A stretch of DNA of 64,000 nucleotides from an uncultured Ruminococcus sp. (GTDB lineage Bacteria; Bacillota; Clostridia; Oscillospirales; CAG-272), in assembly GCA_964558485.1 (NCBI GenBank), contig CAZLED010000003.1, positions 4,571 through 68,570 of the forward strand, read 5' to 3'. Within the stretch, counting starts at the first letter, position 1. Each line of letters begins with the position of its first letter. Of this stretch, positions 10,614-21,416 are shown one piece after another. The notes below the pieces were generated by a model, which was given only the letters and a program-made list of their open reading frames with translations, ran no database searches and was not told where the DNA came from. The position numbers and the translations under genes are program-made.

Positions 10614-11390
10614 ATGAAGCTATATTTTCATTATCTATCCGTCCATCTTCGGGCCCAGATGCAGTACAAGACCTCCTTTGTGCTGACGATTTTGGGGCAG
10701 TTTGTCGGATCCGCTACGGCACTGCTATCCATCCTGGTGCTGATGGATCGGTTCCACGTTTTGCAGGGCTACACCACGGCGCAGGTGCTGTTGTGCTTTG
10801 GGGTCATGCTGATGGCGTTTTCCCTGGCAGAGTGCTTCTTCCGAGGCTTTGACACCTTTGCCGGTGTGCTGTCTCAGGGGCAGTTCGACCGGATCCTGGT
10901 GCGTCCCCGAAATGAGGTGTTTCTGACCCTGTGTACCAAGATCGAGCTGTCTCGCATGGGACGATTTTTCCAGGCGGCGCTGGTGTTTGCCTATGCCATT
11001 CCACATAGCGGCGTGAGCTGGACATGGGACAAGGTTCTCACCCTGTGCTTCATGGTGCTCTCCGGCGTGGCGCTGTTTTCGGGACTGTTCGTGGTCTATG
11101 CGTCCATTTGCTTTTTCACCACGGAAGGGTTAGAATTCATGAACATCTTCACCGACGGCGGCCGGGAGTTTGGTTCCTACCCCATGTCCATCTACGGCAA
11201 GCGGCTCCTGCGTTTCTTTACGTTTGTCGTACCGCTGGCGGCAGTGCAGTATTATCCCTTTTTGTATCTCATCGGTCAGGCCGACCATTGGTGGTATCCG
11301 TTGACCCCGATCGCCGCATGGGTGTTTCTCATTCCCTGTGGGATCTTCTGGAAAGTAGGACTGCGGCATTATAAATCCACAGGTTCCTGA
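10614..11390 (+). CDS. ABC-2 family exporter permease (second subunit)
   Basis: Multi-TM, G.FDRILVRP and YP.SIY motifs. Confidence 0.85.
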   Translation: MKLYFHYLSVHLRAQMQYKTSFVLTILGQFVGSATALLSILVLMDRFHVLQGYTTAQVLLCFGVMLMAFSLAECFFRGFDTFAGVLSQGQFDRILVRPRNEVFLTLCTKIELSRMGRFFQAALVFAYAIPHSGVSWTWDKVLTLCFMVLSGVALFSGLFVVYASICFFTTEGLEFMNIFTDGGREFGSYPMSIYGKRLLRFFTFVVPLAAVQYYPFLYLIGQADHWWYPLTPIAAWVFLIPCGIFWKVGLRHYKSTGS

Positions 11391-11580
11391 AAGGAATCCT
11401 GCTGGGTCCTAAAACGAAATATTGTGCATCTCATCCAAAATAATATAGCGACATCTGTGCAGTTAGTGGAAAACCGCACAGATGTCGTTTTCTTGTTGAC
11501 AATGGCACAAGGGTATGGTATACTGATATAGACATAGATCGTCAACGGTAGTATTCCTATCCGCGAAAGGAGGCTTCCCC

Positions 11581-12258
11581 ATGAAACTACGTAGTTGTAT
11601 TCTGTTTGTGATCGTGTTCTGTCTTGTGTCCTGCACTTCCACCGAGTTGGAGGTAGACCCGGCACGATTCACACCACTGACAATCGGTGTATTGGAATAC
11701 GATGCAGATACGGATAACTCCCGTATGCACGAAATGCAGATTGGGGAAACCGTGACCACGCAGATGGGTTGTATGTACGGTACGGATGATACGTATAATA
11801 TCAACCTATATTTTGCTTACAATGGCGGTACCTGTACCCTGATTTCCGACAACGAAGACGTGCAGATCAGCAGAGGACAAAATGCGGAGCTGTTTACACA
11901 GGAAAATTTCCTGGAATGGGAAAAACGTACCTTTGGGTTTGAGGATTCTCTGAACAACGAGGGCTATTTTGCCATCAATCCTTTGGGTTCGAACCATGGG
12001 CATACCTGGCTCTATACCCATGAGATGGAAATCTTTTACAACGAACTGCGAGATGAACCGGCTGGCAGAGAGTATTGGCTAACGGCTACAGCCTTTGACC
12101 AGACAGAGAAAAAGACCATTGTGACTGCCAAACTCAAGATCGTACAACGACCCTATGAAAACAAACCGGAAATTGCAAAATACGATAAATCTCCTCTGTT
12201 TGACATAACACTTGTAGAATACACCTTAGACGATATGTATCGTATGATGCTGGAATGA
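11581..12258 (+). CDS. Hypothetical lipoprotein
   Basis: Lipobox LVSC, RBS AGGAGG, promoter TTGACA...TATACT upstream. Confidence 0.7.
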   Translation: MKLRSCILFVIVFCLVSCTSTELEVDPARFTPLTIGVLEYDADTDNSRMHEMQIGETVTTQMGCMYGTDDTYNINLYFAYNGGTCTLISDNEDVQISRGQNAELFTQENFLEWEKRTFGFEDSLNNEGYFAINPLGSNHGHTWLYTHEMEIFYNELRDEPAGREYWLTATAFDQTEKKTIVTAKLKIVQRPYENKPEIAKYDKSPLFDITLVEYTLDDMYRMMLE

Positions 12259-12263
12259 GAATA

Positions 12264-12295
12264 GAAAAAGGGTACCCACCTGGGTGTCCTTTTTT
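12264..12295. terminator. Bidirectional terminator
   Basis: AAAAAGGGTACCC-acct-GGGTGTCCTTTTT. Confidence 0.7.
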
Positions 12296-12731
12296 ATTCC
12301 CCAAATACATACCCACCATCCGCATACCATACCGACCGCAGCGTTCGTCCCGTGTCTCCCCCACCGTAGCCCAGCGCACCACCGGTTGGGTCCAGTCCAT
12401 CTATGGCATACCCCACCGCCGCTTTTGCTTGTGCCAATATTTTCTCCTCCGGTGGCCGTGCGATGCGCCCCGTGTCCGTGCAGGCCAAAAAATCCGCCGA
12501 CCAGATCACCTGTGCCGCCGTGAGCCCATTTTGCTCCATCCGATGTAAGATCACCGCCGCCAATGCGATCTGCACCCCAAAGGATGCCTCCGGACATTCC
12601 GCCGCCACCGCATGGGCGATCTGCTCCTTGGCCGTTTCCGAGACCAAAGCCGGTGCAGCACCTGTGGATGTGGCGCAGAGCAGTACCGCAAGCAGAAGTG
12701 CTGGCAGAACCGTGAGCCATTTTGCCGCCAT
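12294..12731 (-). CDS. SleB/CwlJ-like cell wall hydrolase (Hydrolase_2)
   Basis: Signal peptide, VAAE, QIALAAVILHR and DPTGGAL motifs. Confidence 0.7.
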   Translation of the reverse strand: MAAKWLTVLPALLLAVLLCATSTGAAPALVSETAKEQIAHAVAAECPEASFGVQIALAAVILHRMEQNGLTAAQVIWSADFLACTDTGRIARPPEEKILAQAKAAVGYAIDGLDPTGGALGYGGGDTGRTLRSVWYADGGYVFGE

Positions 12732-12956
12732 TGTTTGTTCCTCCTGAAAATCATCGTTTCATGTATAGGATGCCCCAAACACGCAAAACCATACTGCTTC
12801 TGCAGAAATCGTAAAATTTATGAAAAAATTTATAATTTCCCTCTACCATTTTGCGTCCATATGGCGTATACTATAGTATATGCATATTAAAGTGGGATTT
12901 GTGTCCAATTTGCTGGAAGCGGACACAGCTTCTGCCCAAGATCCATAGAGAATGGA

Positions 12957-13490
12957 GTGAACTATATGGAACAACATACCAAACGAAAGATCCGTATCGA
13001 GATCGCCGGCGTGAACCTGATGCTGGTGACGGACGAAGATGACACCTTTGTGGAAAACGTGGCCGCACAGGTCAACGAAAAAATGGAAGCGATCCTCCGT
13101 GGCGGCATTCGCTCCGGTACATCCACGATGGATGCGGCGCTGCTCTGTGCCATCGATTCGGTGGGAGATCGTCTGAAGGCGGAAAAACGGGTCCGCAACC
13201 TGGAAGCACAGCTTTCCCTGTACGAGGTCAATATGCGGAACATGAAGGAAGAGCTGGAAAAATACCAGTCTGCACCCACGGCCGATGCCAGCGCTGCACC
13301 CGATGGCGATGGGTTTGCCAAGCTCAGCCAGACCCTGCGGGAAAACGGCGGTGCGGAAGCAGAGGATAAGATCCGCACACTGGAAAAATATCTGGACAGC
13401 AAGAAATCCGGACAGGACAGCGGTATGTCCCGGGAAGAGAAGATCCGGTACATCGAATCCCTGCTCCGGGGCAACGAAGAGGATAGTTAA
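12957..13490 (+). CDS. zapA: Cell division protein ZapA family
   Basis: IRIEIAG N-terminus and AALLCAID followed by a coiled coil. Confidence 0.7.
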   Translation: MNYMEQHTKRKIRIEIAGVNLMLVTDEDDTFVENVAAQVNEKMEAILRGGIRSGTSTMDAALLCAIDSVGDRLKAEKRVRNLEAQLSLYEVNMRNMKEELEKYQSAPTADASAAPDGDGFAKLSQTLRENGGAEAEDKIRTLEKYLDSKKSGQDSGMSREEKIRYIESLLRGNEEDS

Positions 13491-13538
13491 GGTTGCAAAG
13501 CAGACAGTGACAGAAAGCAGCAGAGGGTACATAGACAA

Positions 13539-15797
13539 ATGGAAATCATAGAAAATCGGACGGGCAGAGCAGGTCTGCCGGAGCTATTGTCCCCGGCCGG
13601 CTCCCCGGAAGCGTTGACGGCTGCGCTCTCTGCCGGTGCAGATGCCGTGTATTTTGGTGGTGCGGCCTTCTCCAACCGGATGCGGGCCCGGAACTTTGAC
13701 GACGATGAGCTGACCGATGCCATCCGGGAGACCAGACGCTGGGGCGTGCGCTCCTACATCACCATCAATACACGAGTCCGGGACAGCGAAATGCGGGACG
13801 TGCTGACCCTGGCAGACAAGCTGGTCGCTGCCGGGGCCGATGGATTTATCGTCGCCGACATGGGGATCGCTGCCCAGCTCCATAGTCGCTACCCGGACGT
13901 CCATCTCCACGGCAGTACCCAGATGACCCTCATGCGTGCCGACGACGCCAAAGCCTTGTTGGACTGCGGCTTTACCCGGATGGTGGTGCCACGGGAAATT
14001 TCGCTTGCGGAGCTGACGGCGCTGGTGCAGGAAAGTCCATTGGAGATCGAAATGTTCCTACATGGTGCGTATTGTGTGTCGGTGTCTGGGCAGTGTCTCA
14101 TGAGCTGGGTCATGGGCGGCAGAAGCGGCAACCGTGGGGAATGTGCCCAGCCTTGCCGGATGGCCTATCGTCTGGAACGCACGAAGACCTTTGGCGATAT
14201 GGCACCGGACAAAAAGCACCTGCCCAATGTGGGCTCCCGGAACGCTGCCGACTATCCCCTGAGCCTGAAGGATATGTGCCTGGCAGGACAGATCCCGGCG
14301 CTGATCCGGAGTGGTGTGGCGTCGCTCAAGATCGAAGGACGACAAAAACCGGCACCCTATGTGTACGGCGTGACCCGGATCTATCGTACCCTGTTGGACG
14401 AGGGACGCTGTGCCACACCGGAGGAGCTCCGGCAGCTGGATGCACTGTTTTCCCGTGGCGGCTTTTCCGATGGCTATTTCCGTTCCAGTGGGGACGTACA
14501 CGCCTACCGGAATATGGGTGGGATCCGTCCTACCACAGAGGAGCAGCTGCAGGAGAAGACGGAGACAGAGACCGTCACCAAATTCGACCTGTCCCAGCGG
14601 GCCGACCCATGCACCGGCACATGGACCCTGCATAAAGAGGTACCGGCCACGCTGACCATGACCCATGTGCCCACCGGTATCTCTGTGACCGCTGCCGGAG
14701 ACGTGCCGCAGGTGGCCACCGGCAATCCGGTCACACGGGAAAGCATTCTGAAAAACCTGGCCAAGCTGGGTGGTACGCCATTTTGTTGGGAAAAGGATAT
14801 GCCCCAGACCCACATCGACGAGGGACTGTGGATGCCCATGTCGGCGGTGAATGCCCTGCGCCGTGCTGCAGCAGAACAGTTGGAGACGGCTGTGTGTGCG
14901 TCCCGGCTGCTGTATGATCCGCACGACCAGACACAAAAGGGCACACCGTACCAGCACCATGCCGATGCCATTCCGGCATTCCCCGGAGATCGTTCGCCTG
15001 CTGTGGCCGTATTGACCGACCGGCGGCAGTGGTGCGACGAAATGGCCGATCTCTTTGAGACGGTATATGTGCCGGTCAGCGACTATCTGCGCTGGGCAAA
15101 GGAAGGCGCGGTGCCGGAGATGGTGGGGGCCGACCTGCCGCTCATGTGCTTCGATACCGCAAAGATGACCGCATGGGTGGATGCGCTGGCCGATGTGGGC
15201 TGCCGAAAAGCACAGTTCCACAGTCCCGGTCAGTTGCTGCTGCTGAAACAGAAGGGCATCCACGCCACCGGTTCCTTCCGGTTGAATCTGTGGAACAGCG
15301 ATGCCATGGACTGGTGGTACCAGCGTGGCGCCGATCGGTTGACCGCTTCGCCGGAGCTGTCGCTGGGGAACCTGCGTACCCTGGCAGAAAACGGTACGCC
15401 CGGCGGTGCTATCGTGTACGGCCACATTCCCCTGATGCACACGGAGCGTTGTGTGCTGGCGGCTGTGCCCAAGGTGCAGGACAAGTCCAAAAAGCTGGTC
15501 ATTCCCTGTGGCGGTCTGGGTGGCCGAATGGCAAACATGGAACCGGCTGCCAAAGGCTGTGGTGCTTGCCAGGGCAGACTCATCGACCGGACAGGCTGTG
15601 CGTTCCCCATGATGGCGAAAAACGGGGAGACCGTCATTTACAATAGTCTGCCCCTGTGGATGGCCGACAAAATGACCACGCTGCCGTCTTTGACCCATCG
15701 GGTGTTCCTTTTCACCATCGAATCGGTGGACGAGATCCGGTCGGTGCTGCAGGATACCATGGCCGGTGTGCGCCGTGTGGGTCGCCGGATCAAATAA
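13539..15797 (+). CDS. U32 family peptidase / RNA hydroxylase with C-terminal extension
   Basis: ELLSPAG, GADAVYFG, HGSTQM, SGNRGECAQPCR and SLKIEGR. Confidence 0.9.
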   Translation: MEIIENRTGRAGLPELLSPAGSPEALTAALSAGADAVYFGGAAFSNRMRARNFDDDELTDAIRETRRWGVRSYITINTRVRDSEMRDVLTLADKLVAAGADGFIVADMGIAAQLHSRYPDVHLHGSTQMTLMRADDAKALLDCGFTRMVVPREISLAELTALVQESPLEIEMFLHGAYCVSVSGQCLMSWVMGGRSGNRGECAQPCRMAYRLERTKTFGDMAPDKKHLPNVGSRNAADYPLSLKDMCLAGQIPALIRSGVASLKIEGRQKPAPYVYGVTRIYRTLLDEGRCATPEELRQLDALFSRGGFSDGYFRSSGDVHAYRNMGGIRPTTEEQLQEKTETETVTKFDLSQRADPCTGTWTLHKEVPATLTMTHVPTGISVTAAGDVPQVATGNPVTRESILKNLAKLGGTPFCWEKDMPQTHIDEGLWMPMSAVNALRRAAAEQLETAVCASRLLYDPHDQTQKGTPYQHHADAIPAFPGDRSPAVAVLTDRRQWCDEMADLFETVYVPVSDYLRWAKEGAVPEMVGADLPLMCFDTAKMTAWVDALADVGCRKAQFHSPGQLLLLKQKGIHATGSFRLNLWNSDAMDWWYQRGADRLTASPELSLGNLRTLAENGTPGGAIVYGHIPLMHTERCVLAAVPKVQDKSKKLVIPCGGLGGRMANMEPAAKGCGACQGRLIDRTGCAFPMMAKNGETVIYNSLPLWMADKMTTLPSLTHRVFLFTIESVDEIRSVLQDTMAGVRRVGRRIK

Positions 15798-15820
15798 GGT
15801 TTTGCAAATAGGAGTATAGT

Positions 15821-16258
15821 ATGCGTATCAAAATACAAAAGCTGCGGGACAATGCCACCTTGCCGGCGTATCAATCGGCGCTGGCAGCCGGTGCCGACCT
15901 GTATGCCGCTATCGAAGCACCTCTCACCCTGGCACCCGGCGCACGAACACTGGTGCCCACCGGGATCGCCGCACAGCCGGAACGGGAAGACTGCGTACTG
16001 CTGCTGACGGCAAGAAGCGGATTGGCGGTGAAAAAAGGCGTGACCCTGTCCAATGGCGTGGGCGTGATCGATGCAGATTACCGTGGTGAGATCGGTGTGG
16101 GTCTGGTGAATCTGGGCAGCGAAGATGTCACCATCCAGCCCGGTGACCGCATTGCCCAGCTGCTGGTGGTGCCCATTGTGCGTGCAGATTTTACAGAAGT
16201 AGAATCACTGGACGAGACCGAACGGGGCAGCGGCGGCTTCGGACATACGGGTGCGTGA
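15821..16258 (+). CDS. dut: dUTP diphosphatase
   Basis: AGADL, RSGLA, GVIDADYRGE, RIAQL and RGSGGFGHTG. Confidence 0.97.
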   Translation: MRIKIQKLRDNATLPAYQSALAAGADLYAAIEAPLTLAPGARTLVPTGIAAQPEREDCVLLLTARSGLAVKKGVTLSNGVGVIDADYRGEIGVGLVNLGSEDVTIQPGDRIAQLLVVPIVRADFTEVESLDETERGSGGFGHTGA

Positions 16259-16511
16259 GATGCGAAGAGGATTTTGGATGACCCTGCTGTTTGTCTGCGC
16301 CGGGATCGTGGTAGGGTCCATGGTGGGTGAGCTGACCGCCGGTGTCCCGGTGCTGCAGTGGCTGTCCTACGGCCTGGATTTCGGTACCGCCGCACCGGTG
16401 ACTGTGGACCTGCACGTCCTGGAATTGACCTTCGGCATCACCGTACGGATCACCGTATCGCACATCGTTTTTGTGGTCCTGGCGATCATTGTGGGACGGA
16501 GAGTGGAGTAA
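16251..16511 (+). CDS. DUF4321-like small membrane protein
   Basis: Two hydrophobic segments, a conserved position after dut, and L.L.V...TFG pattern. Confidence 0.65.
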   Translation: MREMRRGFWMTLLFVCAGIVVGSMVGELTAGVPVLQWLSYGLDFGTAAPVTVDLHVLELTFGITVRITVSHIVFVVLAIIVGRRVE

Positions 16512-16515
16512 GGCA

Positions 16516-16550
16516 GAAGTCAGAGATCAGAAGTTAGAAGTCAGAAGTGT
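16516..16550 (+). repeat. Heptamer tandem array (GAAGTYA)n
   Basis: GAAGTCA GAGATCA GAAGTTA GAAGTCA GAAGTGT. Similar arrays at 6702-6743(-), 18673-18714, 25092-25119 and 51158-51185. Confidence 0.8.
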
Positions 16551-17055
16551 GGAGAGTTGTGGGAGCGTTCGTTAATGAAGAATGAATGGTGAATAATGAA
16601 TAATTGTGGTGGAAATAGCTACGCTATTTCGAATTGTTTCTAACGTGTAGCTGAGACGGGAAGATAACCACGAAGACGTTGGACGGGTTTTGCAATTCCT
16701 ATATACACCGGCGTTTGGCTCTATCACAAAACGTGCGCCGAGCTTGACCGCTCCACCATAAAGCCCTGTCTAAGCGCAGCGCCGTACGGTATACCTCCAC
16801 TCCCGCTGCAGAACCGTCCCATCACTCAACGAAGTTGAGTGGGTGCACACCCAACAACCCGACACTGACGCCACTGGAACCAGATCGGTAACGCTCTGCC
16901 TGCAGTGACAAAATGTCAGCGCACCAATGCCCAAAAAGTTTTTGCCGTACTTAGCGCAGCTAAGTACAGCTTTTTCAAAAAGCCGCGTCTCTCCTCCCAA
17001 ACGTCGAGGATTACGAACGTAACCTCAGTACTACTACCGTAACCTGCAAGAAAGG

Positions 17056-17664
17056 ATGAAAAAAAGAAAAATGGAACAAATGAAGGATAAGCTGGTGCTG
17101 GCTTCCGGGTCTCCCAGACGGCACGAAATACTGGATACGGCAGGGCTGCCCCATGTGGTGCGGGTGTCCCATGTTGACGAATCGACGGTGTCGTACTGTG
17201 TGGGAAAGCCGGAAGAATACGTCATGGCACTGGCAGAGCTCAAGGGCAGCGTGGTACCGCCAATGGACGGGGAAGTGGTGCTGTCCGCCGATACCGTGGT
17301 GTATGTGCCGGAGACCAAAGAAGTGTTGGGCAAACCCAAGGACCACGACGACGCTCTGCGGATGTTTTACCTGATGTCCGGCAAGACCCATAAGGTCATC
17401 ACCGGTGTGTGCCTGCAGGACTGGACGGGACAAAAGATCACCTTTGCCGCCACCACCGAGGTCACATTCCGACCCTTGGACGAGGACGAGATCGAACACT
17501 ATATCCGGACCGCAAACCCCTACGATAAGGCAGGTGCCTATGGGATCCAGGAGGAAGCCTGCGTCTTTGTACGGGAGATCCGTGGAGAATATACCAATGT
17601 CGTGGGATTGCCCATCACTGCCGTGTACGAGGCACTGCGAAAAATGGAGGACGAGCGTACATGA
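17056..17664 (+). CDS. maf: Maf nucleotide pyrophosphatase
   Basis: LVLASGSPRR, SADTVV and DKAGAYGIQ. Confidence 0.95.
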   Translation: MKKRKMEQMKDKLVLASGSPRRHEILDTAGLPHVVRVSHVDESTVSYCVGKPEEYVMALAELKGSVVPPMDGEVVLSADTVVYVPETKEVLGKPKDHDDALRMFYLMSGKTHKVITGVCLQDWTGQKITFAATTEVTFRPLDEDEIEHYIRTANPYDKAGAYGIQEEACVFVREIRGEYTNVVGLPITAVYEALRKMEDERT

Positions 17665-18662
17665 AAAGCATCGGGATCGACCTGGGTACCGCCAATACCC
17701 TGGTCTATATGAAAGGACGCGGCATCGTGCTGCGTGAGCCTTCGGTGGTGGCCGTGGAAGCCAAAAGCCGGAAGGTCGTGGCAGTGGGCAGCGAAGCCAA
17801 AATGATGCTGGGCAAGACCCCCGGCTCCATCGTGGCCATGCGTCCCTTGAAGGATGGGGTCATCGCCGAATTCGATATCACCGCCGCCATGCTCCACCAC
17901 TACTTCAAAAAAATATCCGGCAATACCATCATGAGCCGACCCAAGGTCATGATCTGTATCCCCTATGGCGTCACCGAAGTGGAACGCCGTGCCGTGGAGG
18001 ACGTGACCCTGGAGGCCGGTGCCCAGTCGGTGGCGCTTATCGAAGAACCCATCGCAGCAGCCATCGGCAGTGGTCTCCGTGTGGACGACCCACGGGGCTG
18101 CATGATCGTCGATATCGGCGGCGGTACCACCGAGGTGGCCGTACTGTCCCTGGGTGGCATCGTCCTGTCTACATCCCTGCGCATCGCCGGTGACGAGCTG
18201 GACGAAGCCATCATTGCCTACATCAAACGCCGGTACAATATCCTCATCGGGGACGTGACCGCCGAGATCCTGAAAAAGCGCATCGGCAGCGTCCACCCGG
18301 CAGCCGACCGTGGTTCCATGAGCGTGCAGGGTCGGAATCTGCTCAACGGCCTGCCTGCCATCGTGTCCATTTCCTCTGCGGAGATCCGGGAAGCCATGAG
18401 CGATCAGGTGGAGCATATCGTGGAAAGCATCCGTACCACACTGGAAAATACCCCACCGGAGCTGGCATCGGATATCTACGACACCGGCATCATGCTGTCC
18501 GGCGGCGGCGCTATGCTGGCTGGATTGGATCTGCTGATCTCCCGGATCACGGGCATCCGTACCGTGGTTGCCAAGGGCCCCATCGACTCCGTTGTCATCG
18601 GCATCGGTCGGTGCATCGAAACCGAAGGACTCCACGGCAGCATCCGGTACCGGACACGATGA
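17661..18662 (+). CDS. mreB: Rod shape-determining protein MreB
   Basis: IGIDLGTANT, EPSVVA, DIGGGTT and GGGA. Confidence 0.95.
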   Translation: MKSIGIDLGTANTLVYMKGRGIVLREPSVVAVEAKSRKVVAVGSEAKMMLGKTPGSIVAMRPLKDGVIAEFDITAAMLHHYFKKISGNTIMSRPKVMICIPYGVTEVERRAVEDVTLEAGAQSVALIEEPIAAAIGSGLRVDDPRGCMIVDIGGGTTEVAVLSLGGIVLSTSLRIAGDELDEAIIAYIKRRYNILIGDVTAEILKKRIGSVHPAADRGSMSVQGRNLLNGLPAIVSISSAEIREAMSDQVEHIVESIRTTLENTPPELASDIYDTGIMLSGGGAMLAGLDLLISRITGIRTVVAKGPIDSVVIGIGRCIETEGLHGSIRYRTR

Positions 18663-18853
18663 GGGAAAGGCAGAAGTGAGAGGGCAGAGGTCAGAAGTTA
18701 GAAGTTAGAAGTCAGACGTACGAAAATGCAATGCAAGTGTGGGGCAGAGGTTAAAGCGGGCGTTTGTGTAAGGACACGGAAATGTACCTGTGAAGCATGA
18801 AGTATGTTGGAAACGTTCGTGCTTGACCGCTCTGTTCTAAAAATAAACCAATT

Positions 18854-19690
18854 ATGAAACAGTTTTTCAAAAATCGATTTTTCTATATCATGACCGTGCT
18901 GGCGCTGCTGGTGACCATCGTACCCATGGTGTTTTACCAGATGGGCGTGTCCTTTGTGTTCCGGGATGCTGTGAACGTGCTGCTGACGCCCATGCAAAAG
19001 GTCTTCCAGGCGGCCGTGGATGCGGTGGACGGATTTGCTGCCTACTTCTACAAATTCGACGATCTGGTGGAAGAGAATATCGCCTTGAAGGAAGAGGTGG
19101 CAGAGCTGCAGGCCCAGATCTACGACAACCGGGAAATGGAAGAAATGTACGCCTGGATGAGCGGCTTCCTGGAAATGAAACGGCAGCACATGGACTACAG
19201 CATGACCGAAGCCTCTGTCACCGGTCGGGCCAGCGGTACCTATTCGTCGATGCTGAAGCTGGACGTGGGCACCGGCGCCGAGATTGCCATCGGTATGCCC
19301 GTGGTCACCGAATCCGGCATCGTGGGGCAGATCACCGAGGTGGGCTACAGCTCCTCGATGGTGACGACACTTGTCGAAGCCCAATCCGCCATCGGTGCCT
19401 ACGTGGAGCGGACCGGTGAGGCCGGTATCGCCCAAGGAGACATCCAGCTGACGGAAAAGGGACTGGTGAAAATGGAGCTGTCGTCGGATACCGCCACGCA
19501 GATCGGCGACCGGATCCTGTCTGCCGGCACCGGGGACGTGTACCCACGGGGACTGGTCATTGGCTACGTGCAGTCCATGGAGGTCAATCCCTACACCCGG
19601 ACAAAAACCGTGTACATCCAGTGCGCCGTTGCCACCGCCGGACTGAGCCACGTGATGATCCTGACCGACTTTGCGTTATCCGTAAAGTAG
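18854..19690 (+). CDS. mreC: Rod shape-determining protein MreC
   Basis: N-terminal TM, coiled coil, G.YP.GL.IG. Follows mreB. Confidence 0.9.
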   Translation: MKQFFKNRFFYIMTVLALLVTIVPMVFYQMGVSFVFRDAVNVLLTPMQKVFQAAVDAVDGFAAYFYKFDDLVEENIALKEEVAELQAQIYDNREMEEMYAWMSGFLEMKRQHMDYSMTEASVTGRASGTYSSMLKLDVGTGAEIAIGMPVVTESGIVGQITEVGYSSSMVTTLVEAQSAIGAYVERTGEAGIAQGDIQLTEKGLVKMELSSDTATQIGDRILSAGTGDVYPRGLVIGYVQSMEVNPYTRTKTVYIQCAVATAGLSHVMILTDFALSVK

Positions 19691-19770
19691 CGTTACGATA
19701 AAGCAGTCGGGACACAGAGCATGAACCCATCGTCACGATCCATACGAAAACCATAGAAAGGAGACGACCC

Positions 19771-20343
19771 ATGAAACTGCCGGAATCCCTGCAGGAGAAC
19801 CTGCGTGGCTGGCGACTGCGTGCCTCCATCGAGATCGAACCCATCATTCGTGCGCTGGTCTGCCTGGTGCTGATCTCCTTTTTTGCCCTGCTGCAGACCA
19901 CGCTGTTCGCCCGGTTTCGTCCCTTTGGTGCGGTGCCGGATCTGCTGCTGCCGCTGGTGGTGGCCATCGCTATGACTGCCCGGGAAAAATGGGGTGCCGT
20001 CAGTGGCATCATGGCAGCCTTTCTCATCGAATCCTTGGGCGGCGCATCGGTGACCATTCTGGCGCTGCTGTATATGCCGGTGGGCTATATCTGCGGCCTG
20101 CTGACCGTGTACTATTTCCGGGACGGTCTGGCGGTGCGTGCCCTGTATACCGTGGTGACGGCACTGGCAAAGGCGCTGTTCAATCTGGTGATCTTAGCCA
20201 TGTCCATGCCCAGCGTCAGCTTGCCCCAGGCATTCTGGTACGTGGTGATCCCGGAATTTTTTGCTACGGTGCTGTTTGCCTTTCTGCCCCATCTGGCGGT
20301 CAGGTATGCGTTCCGGCTGACCGAAGGAAAAAAAGAAAAATAA
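19771..20343 (+). CDS. mreD: Rod shape-determining protein MreD
   Basis: Hydrophobic, GAVPDLLL motif. Follows mreC. Confidence 0.8.
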   Translation: MKLPESLQENLRGWRLRASIEIEPIIRALVCLVLISFFALLQTTLFARFRPFGAVPDLLLPLVVAIAMTAREKWGAVSGIMAAFLIESLGGASVTILALLYMPVGYICGLLTVYYFRDGLAVRALYTVVTALAKALFNLVILAMSMPSVSLPQAFWYVVIPEFFATVLFAFLPHLAVRYAFRLTEGKKEK

Positions 20344-20402
20344 GCTGCGCAGTGGGTCGTTTGTCCTGCTGCGTGACATCGTTTGATAAATAAAGGAAAT
20401 AC

Positions 20403-21416
20403 ATGACAAAAGAGATAAAATTGGTGCTGGCCCCTATGGCAGGGTACACAGACGGTCCCTTTCGGCGGATCTGTGTGGAGAACGGATGCCGGGAGACCGT
20501 CAGCGAAATGATCTCGGCAGCGGCGCTCCACTACCGGGACAAAAAAACCGCCACACTGGCACGGATCCTGCCGGGTGAGGGCAGCGTGACCTTCCAGCTA
20601 TTTGGACACGACCCCATCCTGCTGGCAGAAGGCGCCGAGATCCTGCTGACCGGTGGCTACGAAGGCTGCGCCTACGACCACGAACCGGCGGGGATCGATA
20701 TCAATATGGGTTGCCCGGTCCGCAAGATCACCTCCAATGGAGACGGCAGCGGCCTGATGCGTACCCCGGAGCTGGCGGCCAAGATCGTGGAAGCGGTGGC
20801 ACCGGTGTGTCGGCAGCATGGCAAGCCCCTGTCCGTGAAGATCCGTGCCGGTTGGGACAAGGCTTCCATCAATGCACCGGAAATGGCGGTACTGCTGGCA
20901 CAGGCCGGCGCCGATCGTGTGAGTCTCCACTGCCGCACGAAGGAAGAGCTGTACACGCCGGGCATCCATCTGGACGTGCTGGCCGATACCATCGCTGCCC
21001 TGCGGAAAGCTGCGCCTGCCTGTGAGATCGTGGGCAACGGCGACATCACCACCTGGCACGACGCCATGACCATGCTGGATATGGGCTGCGACGGGGTCAT
21101 GATCGGACGAGGCGCCCTGGGCGATCCCTGGATCTTTGGACAGATTCTGGAGGCTGCTGCCGGGAAAACGCCCCACGTGCCCACCGATGCGGAACGACGG
21201 CAAATGGCGGCACGACTGGTCCGGGAAGTAGTGGCAGAAAAAGGTGAGCATATCGGCATACGAGAATCCCGTGGACGTGCGGCGTATTTTATCCAGGGGA
21301 TGCGTGGCAGTGCCAAAATGCGGGACAGACTGAACCATGCGGAAAGTCTGGATGCATTTTTGGCCATCTTGGAAATGCCGACAGAGAATACAGAAAAGGA
21401 AGACACAGAACTATGA
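20403..21416 (+). CDS. dusB: tRNA-dihydrouridine synthase
   Basis: LAPMAGYTD, IDINMGCP, NGDI and GVMIGRGALGDPW. Confidence 0.9.
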   Translation: MTKEIKLVLAPMAGYTDGPFRRICVENGCRETVSEMISAAALHYRDKKTATLARILPGEGSVTFQLFGHDPILLAEGAEILLTGGYEGCAYDHEPAGIDINMGCPVRKITSNGDGSGLMRTPELAAKIVEAVAPVCRQHGKPLSVKIRAGWDKASINAPEMAVLLAQAGADRVSLHCRTKEELYTPGIHLDVLADTIAALRKAAPACEIVGNGDITTWHDAMTMLDMGCDGVMIGRGALGDPWIFGQILEAAAGKTPHVPTDAERRQMAARLVREVVAEKGEHIGIRESRGRAAYFIQGMRGSAKMRDRLNHAESLDAFLAILEMPTENTEKEDTEL

